Shown: in pieces, positions 53,617 through 60,098 of the stretch | Position numbering within the stretch: the stretch's first letter is position 1 | How the letters are laid out: each line of letters starts with the position of its first letter | DNA from: Octopus vulgaris | Lineage: Eukaryota | DNA: 64,000 bases | NCBI GenBank assembly: GCA_951406725.2 | Contig: OX597823.1 | Coordinates: forward strand, 23,932,001-23,996,000 | Direction: 5' to 3' | The notes under the pieces: generated by a model | Database searches by the model: none | Told to the model about the DNA's origin: nothing | What the model saw: only the letters and a program-made list of their open reading frames with translations | Program-made: the position numbers and the translations under genes

Positions 53617-56600
53617 GGAAGCAAGAGTATGAACAGCAACTGTACAGAATTATTAATGCCACTCCCTCTGTTGAAGAGGATTGGTCTGGAAGAGTCCTGT
53701 GCTGGTCTCACATAAAAATGTTCCCGTGCTGGAGCCGTGTAGAGGCACCCATGCCAGTGCCATATTAAGAGCATCCAGTACACTCTGTAAAGTGGTTGGC
53801 ATTAGGAAGGGCATCCATCCGCAGAAACTAACCCAATCAAACTGGAGCCTAGTGCAGCTCCCCTGTTTGTCAGCTCTAGTCAAATCACCCAACCCATGCC
53901 AGTGTAGAAAACTGATATTAAATGATGATGATGATGATGATGTGCTAATCTTTTATGCAATCTATGTAGTAGGCAATTTTTCTAGTACATCTGGAGTCAT
54001 GTTTTTCTGCATTCTCATTTATTTTGTATCATGCAAGCAGCATTAGTATACATTTCTCTTATCAATTCTAGTTTACTCAAAAATTGACTGTGGACCTCCA
54101 AAAGATGTTGTTGTTGGTGCAGAAAAGTCATACAAAACCACAACCTATAAATCTGAAGCTAACTATATTTGCCCAAATGGAGAACGACTAAAGTCAATAT
54201 GTGAAAAGGACAAAAAGTGGACTCCAGTAGCACCTTCTTGTAAAGGTAATGTAAACAGGTTTTCTCGTCTTGTCACTGTTTTGTTTATTTCTGTGTTAAA
54301 TATCTTTGTCAGATGAAGACTGGCTAACTCTATGTTAATTTCACATGGTGTTTGTGGCTGATGGGAAGGAGAGAGTAAGCTATCCTCAGACAAGAGTCCT
54401 CCTCAAATGCTTGCAACAGAATGGACTCCATAATTACTACCCAATGGCCAGGTAATGCTATTAAAAGTCTAGCAGCCTAGAGCTGGAAGCATTGAAACTT
54501 GCTCTTCTCTTGCAGGTTTCCACATAGTTCACATCCACCAAATTTCATCTGCAAGGTTTAGTTGTGAAGGAAATTTTAAACAATGCAGAAAAATACTCCA
54601 CTCTATACCTCGTTGTTGTTAAGTAAACTTGTTTGTCCATAGCTATGCTTCAACTCATCATGGTAAATTTTCTCTTAGTTTCTAACTTGACCTTTTTCAT
54701 CCACACTTTGTGTCATCATCCAAAACTGTACAATACAATGTTTCAGTTCTCTATAAAAACTCAGCAATCCTCTGAAACAGGCTTCTGATCCTTTGGTTTT
54801 CTTGCAGTCTATCACTCTTATTAACAACAATACTAACAATAATAATTTCTGACTTAGGTTCAAAGCCAGCAATTTTTGATGGGAGGTGTTTAGTCAATAC
54901 CATCAACACTACTATTTGACTGGTACTTTATGATATTGACACCCACAAGAATGAAAGGCAAAATTGACCTTGTCTTGATTTGAATCAAAAGAGTCTGAAT
55001 ACACACTCTAAAATATTTCTTCCAATTTTCTAATTACTATATGTGTATACATTGAAAATAGAGATGTAGATGATGATACAACCCTCATGAGGACCTATTG
55101 AAGAATCCTACCTTTGAAGACCATCCTGAACTCCAGGGACAAGTGTCTTCTTCAGTTGTTGTTCCCTGACCTACAGCTTTATGCACTGTGGCCCCAATTC
55201 ATTCTTGCACTTCTTACCATTTTCACCTTACCATCACTAAAATTTTCCTTAAGGCCCATACCTTCCTCTCCATCTTCATCTTCTTACAAGTGAAACTTTA
55301 AAAATGCAGATATGGATTGACCAAAGTGGAAGGTTTCTATCATCCAATCTTTCAAACTCATTTGCTATAATTACCAGACAGAGGGAAAATGCTTATTCTT
55401 CCAGTTTAAAGGAGGGTGTGAGGCAATTACCAGGATGGGCTTGGCTGATGGCTAGATTCATCCTACACACAATAGCATCTGTTTGACATAATGCTACAAC
55501 TCAGCAATGCATGGACAGTGACTAAGTACATACAAAATGATTTTGGTTTCCTGGAGACATCTTGGGAAAACCTGTCTCTTGGCACTTCCATGAATTCAGA
55601 TTTTATATTGGATCAGTAGAACCCTTTGGTAACACAGACATACCAAGGATTTCATAAAGTTACCCTTAGTATTCTCTGACCAAATGTCTTCCCAAACGAA
55701 CTTGTCAGTTCACTTTTCATCAATGCTCACAACTCTGAGAATGTCAATACCCTATCCCTCCACTAACCCTCAAAAGATTGTTATAGTGGAACATCCACCA
55801 ACCCAATCACTTAGATCAAGTTTGATTCAGTATACTATATTTTCTGAAATCATTAGGATTACATAAGATAATGTAGCCTACTCTTTTTAAGGTGTTTGGG
55901 TGTGATTGAGGGAGATTTTGTTTATAAATCTTATGTATTTGACATCCACATAGGAGTATTGATAGTCGCTTGTCCATGGTAAAATTTGAACTTAATATTG
56001 GAAGCCAACAGATCTAAGGTATCCTCTGGTATAGTCTACTGTCTTGTTCAATACAACCATCTGGCCCTTCAGGTATTCATGGCAAATACTGTAGACAACA
56101 CTAGGTCCAATGTTAATATATTTACTTCGAAAACATTGATCCATAGTTACTCATCATAGATATGGAACACATTAATGCTACAAATATAAGAGGGATGGTG
56201 GCCTCAAAATTTCATGACATTACTGTCTCTGCCATGACTAGCTTGCTGAATAATAAAAATACCACTTAATTTCAATCAATTATATATTCCTTGTTTAGAT
56301 ACATGGCCAAACATAATTAGAGAAAGCTGTGAGGTAGTTTAATATTCATGACTTTCTCAAGAGCACTAAATAGCTATGTAAAGTGAACTTAGACTGAGAA
56401 TCAAACCCAAATCACTGACTCACACCAGTCAATCTATATTTATATTAAAAGAACAACTTGGGGAAATATATACTCAGGGTCACATTATACATGGAAAACA
56501 ATAAAGTGGCTGGTTATTGAACAAAGATATTTTGATTAGTTAAAATTACAGTCTGAATGGCTGGTAAAATCATTGTTATGATTTCAGAAGAGACAACCTC

Positions 56601-59600
56601 GAAAGATTATTTTTTTTACCTTTTACATCTCACTAAATCATTAAAAGTTTTAATTGTTCCCATTTACTATAATATTTTTTATTAATTCATTAATTTTGTT
56701 TCCAGGGCAAAAGTCTGAAAAATTAGTAAAATCCTTGCATTGGTTAAGCATATTCAGTTAAATACTTTTACATTCTGGATTCAAATCTACCACAGTATAC
56801 TTCACCTTTCATACATCTGTGGTTAATAAAATAAGCATCAATCAAAAACTGATGTCAGTTTATTTCCATATATACTCACTGCAGAATGTATTTAAGGCCT
56901 TGTATTTAAGTTAGGAACCTCTATATTTCTATGTTAGAATTTGTTATTGTAATTTTTCATTTGTCTAAATTTTTCTTTAATTCCAGTTGCTCAGATCTAT
57001 TTTGTGAAGATAAAGGGAGCAGCTCTGGATGTATCTGGGAAAATTTTGTGGAAGCAACATGTATCAGTAGATGCCTGTGCAAAGAAATGTTTTTCTGACA
57101 AAAATTGCTTAGCATTTGAAATAAATAAAAAAAGTAAAAAATGCTACTTATCAAAGCAAAGTGCAGCTTCCTCTCGACAATTAAAATCAGACAAAAACAG
57201 CGATTACTACCAGCGAGTAAAATGTAATTATTTTTTGTATTATGTTATTTGCATTCTCTTTGCTTCTTTTTCTGAAATTTGTGATTCCATTTGTACTTCA
57301 TAGTATATAGACGAACAATTCTGTGAAAATATCTACAGGTTTACCTATAAGGAGAGACATAAATATGTTGAAAACAAAAGTAATACTAGATACTGTGAAT
57401 ACTGTCTGGGCATTCCCATGCAACATTTGTTTGTCTTGAATACTTACATGCATACTTTCAGTTGTTTTTTTTTTATGTGAGAAAGGAAAGTTCTGTTATT
57501 TTCCTCAAATAGAACAGTGAAGGCAGTGGCTGCAAAACCATCATTGCCATCAAAGCATGAGCAGTAAAAACAACAGCTTTCTTTTCATTTCTACAAGTTA
57601 GCATAGCTTAGACAGTGCTATTACTACACAGTGTCTTATCACTAGTTTTTGTCCTATGTGCAAAATAACAGAAATACTGCCAATGTATATAGTCATGTAT
57701 TTTTTATATTTTGGCATGGTTATTATAGCAAGATGTTGTTCCTCTCAACAGCCATTGCACCACATGAATATAGTGCATTTTGCCATGCTACTAGAATTTG
57801 TTTGCTGGAAGTAAAGAATCCTCTCAGTGCATAATAAGTTCCTATTTAGAATAGTTCCATTTTATGAGAACAAAATAGCCAAGAAATTTATTTTGCTGCT
57901 AAAATACTCTCTTCTTGAAACCAGGGCAAATTCACCAGGTTTAGTGATCCCAAAATTAGAAGACTCATGAATACTAAGATGTCAATATTGTAATGATGAA
58001 TTTTTTCTGAGTCAAAAAGGAAGTCGAGCCATTTCTCTGTATATGTATGTGGATCTTCAACTGGGCTGAAGTTGCAGGCTCCATTGCAGTGTTTATCCTG
58101 GGCAGATCAGGTTTTGTACAGAGACAATTGCCTTGCAATTTCAAGTAATATGAACACCTATGTCATGAATTCATTAGGAAGAACTCAACAATAATCTTCA
58201 AGAAGTTTAATTTCAATGTAATGATCACCACTATTTTAAACACGTTCAGTGAAATAGACATTATTTGAAGATTGAAGTCAAGGATTGGACAAATAATACT
58301 TGTGCTGAGAACCCACCAAGGTGAATAAACACGTTCATGGGAATTACAGAGAAATGTTGGACCTAAGAAGCATCAAATGTGGTGTGCAAGAGAGACGACT
58401 GCACTGTTATGGTCATGTGGCAAGAATGGACGAGGACAGCTGTGTGAAAAAGTGCCACACCCTAGCGGTTGAGGGAACCTGTGGAAGAGGTAAACCCAGG
58501 AAGACCTGGGATGAAGTGGTGAAGCACGACCTTCAAACTTTAGGCCTCACCATGGCAATGACTAGTGACCGAGACCTTTGGAAATATGCTGTGTGTGAGA
58601 AGACCAGGCAAGCCAAATGAAACCATAATCTCATGGCCTATGCCAGGGGTGTAACCAGCCCACTTATGCGTACCTTTTCCTCCTTTGGACACTAAAACTC
58701 AGCTTGCAAAGACCTGTTGAGGCACGTGAAATCAATCAACCAATCAAAAGCAAAATCAAATTCGATGACTGGCGTCGGTGCTAGCAGGGTGCAAAGAGCA
58801 CCATACGAGCATGATTATTGACAGCAGCTAACTGACTTCCATGCCAGTGGCACCTAGAGAGCACCATTCAAATGTGGTCATTACCAGCGTCGCCTTACTG
58901 GCACTTGTTCCCGTGCTAGTAGAGTGCCAAGAGCACCATCCGAGCATGATCATTGCCAGAGCAACCAACTGGCTTCCATGCCAGTGGGCACGTAAAAGGG
59001 CACCATTCGAGTGTGATCGTTACCAAAATCGCCTTCTGGCACCTGTGCTGGTGGCATGTATAAAAGGATTCAAGCGAGGTCATTGCCAGTACCGCCTGAC
59101 TGGCCCCCATGCCGGTGGCATGCAAAAGCACCCACTACGCTCTCGGAGTGGTTGGCGTTAGGAAGGGCATCCAGCTGTAGAACCTCTGCCAAATCAAGAC
59201 TGGAGCCTGGTGAAGCCATCTGGTTTACCAGCCCTCAGTCAAAACCGTCCAACCCATGCTAGCATAGAAAGCGGACGTTAAACGATGATGATGATGATGA
59301 TCTCCAAACTATAATACAAAATGTAGCAGCTAGCATTGTTAAAAGAATCTCTGCATAATCCTCAAATTGAGATACTTTTGACAGCATTTCTTGCAGTACA
59401 AGATATTATTTAGGGTTGGCTTCATTGAGAAATTAGTATAAATAGAACATTCTCCACCTCCACACTTGAAGAGAATTAGGATAATGAAATTACTTAAATC
59501 AATCTTTCCTTCAACCTAAATGTCCTCATGAACATAGCCAGAAACATTTTATCGTGTATAAGTAACATTCCTAAGTACCAAAATCGTATGAATGTGGATG

Positions 59601-60032
59601 CAGTCAAGGTTTCTTACATCTATCTATATAACATGACTTCCAGCATTATGTACTGCAATACTAAAAGCATACATTTATCCAGCTTATATTTCACCCACCC
59701 ACCTGTAACTGACAAAACTAATCCCATTCTCTGCTGTGAGAATTATGTCTTTCTACAACAGTGATATACAGAGCAATTAATTACATGGGAATCAAGCCAA
59801 CATCTTTAAGAAGAGTTACTGTCTGTATATATGCTCCTTCAAGTTAATGTACCAGAATAAGTGTCGACCTCACTGTTGTTTTATCTGCCAACTTCAGAAG
59901 CAGCAGGAAAAGGATCTACTGAGTATAACCTCAAGCATACTCACCAATCAACTCCCCAGAAAGAAGACAAATTTTATCTCTGACTATGCCTCAGTAAAAT
60001 ACATGTCTGTAAATATACCAGTGGGGGTGCTT

Positions 60033-60098
<66 letters not shown>

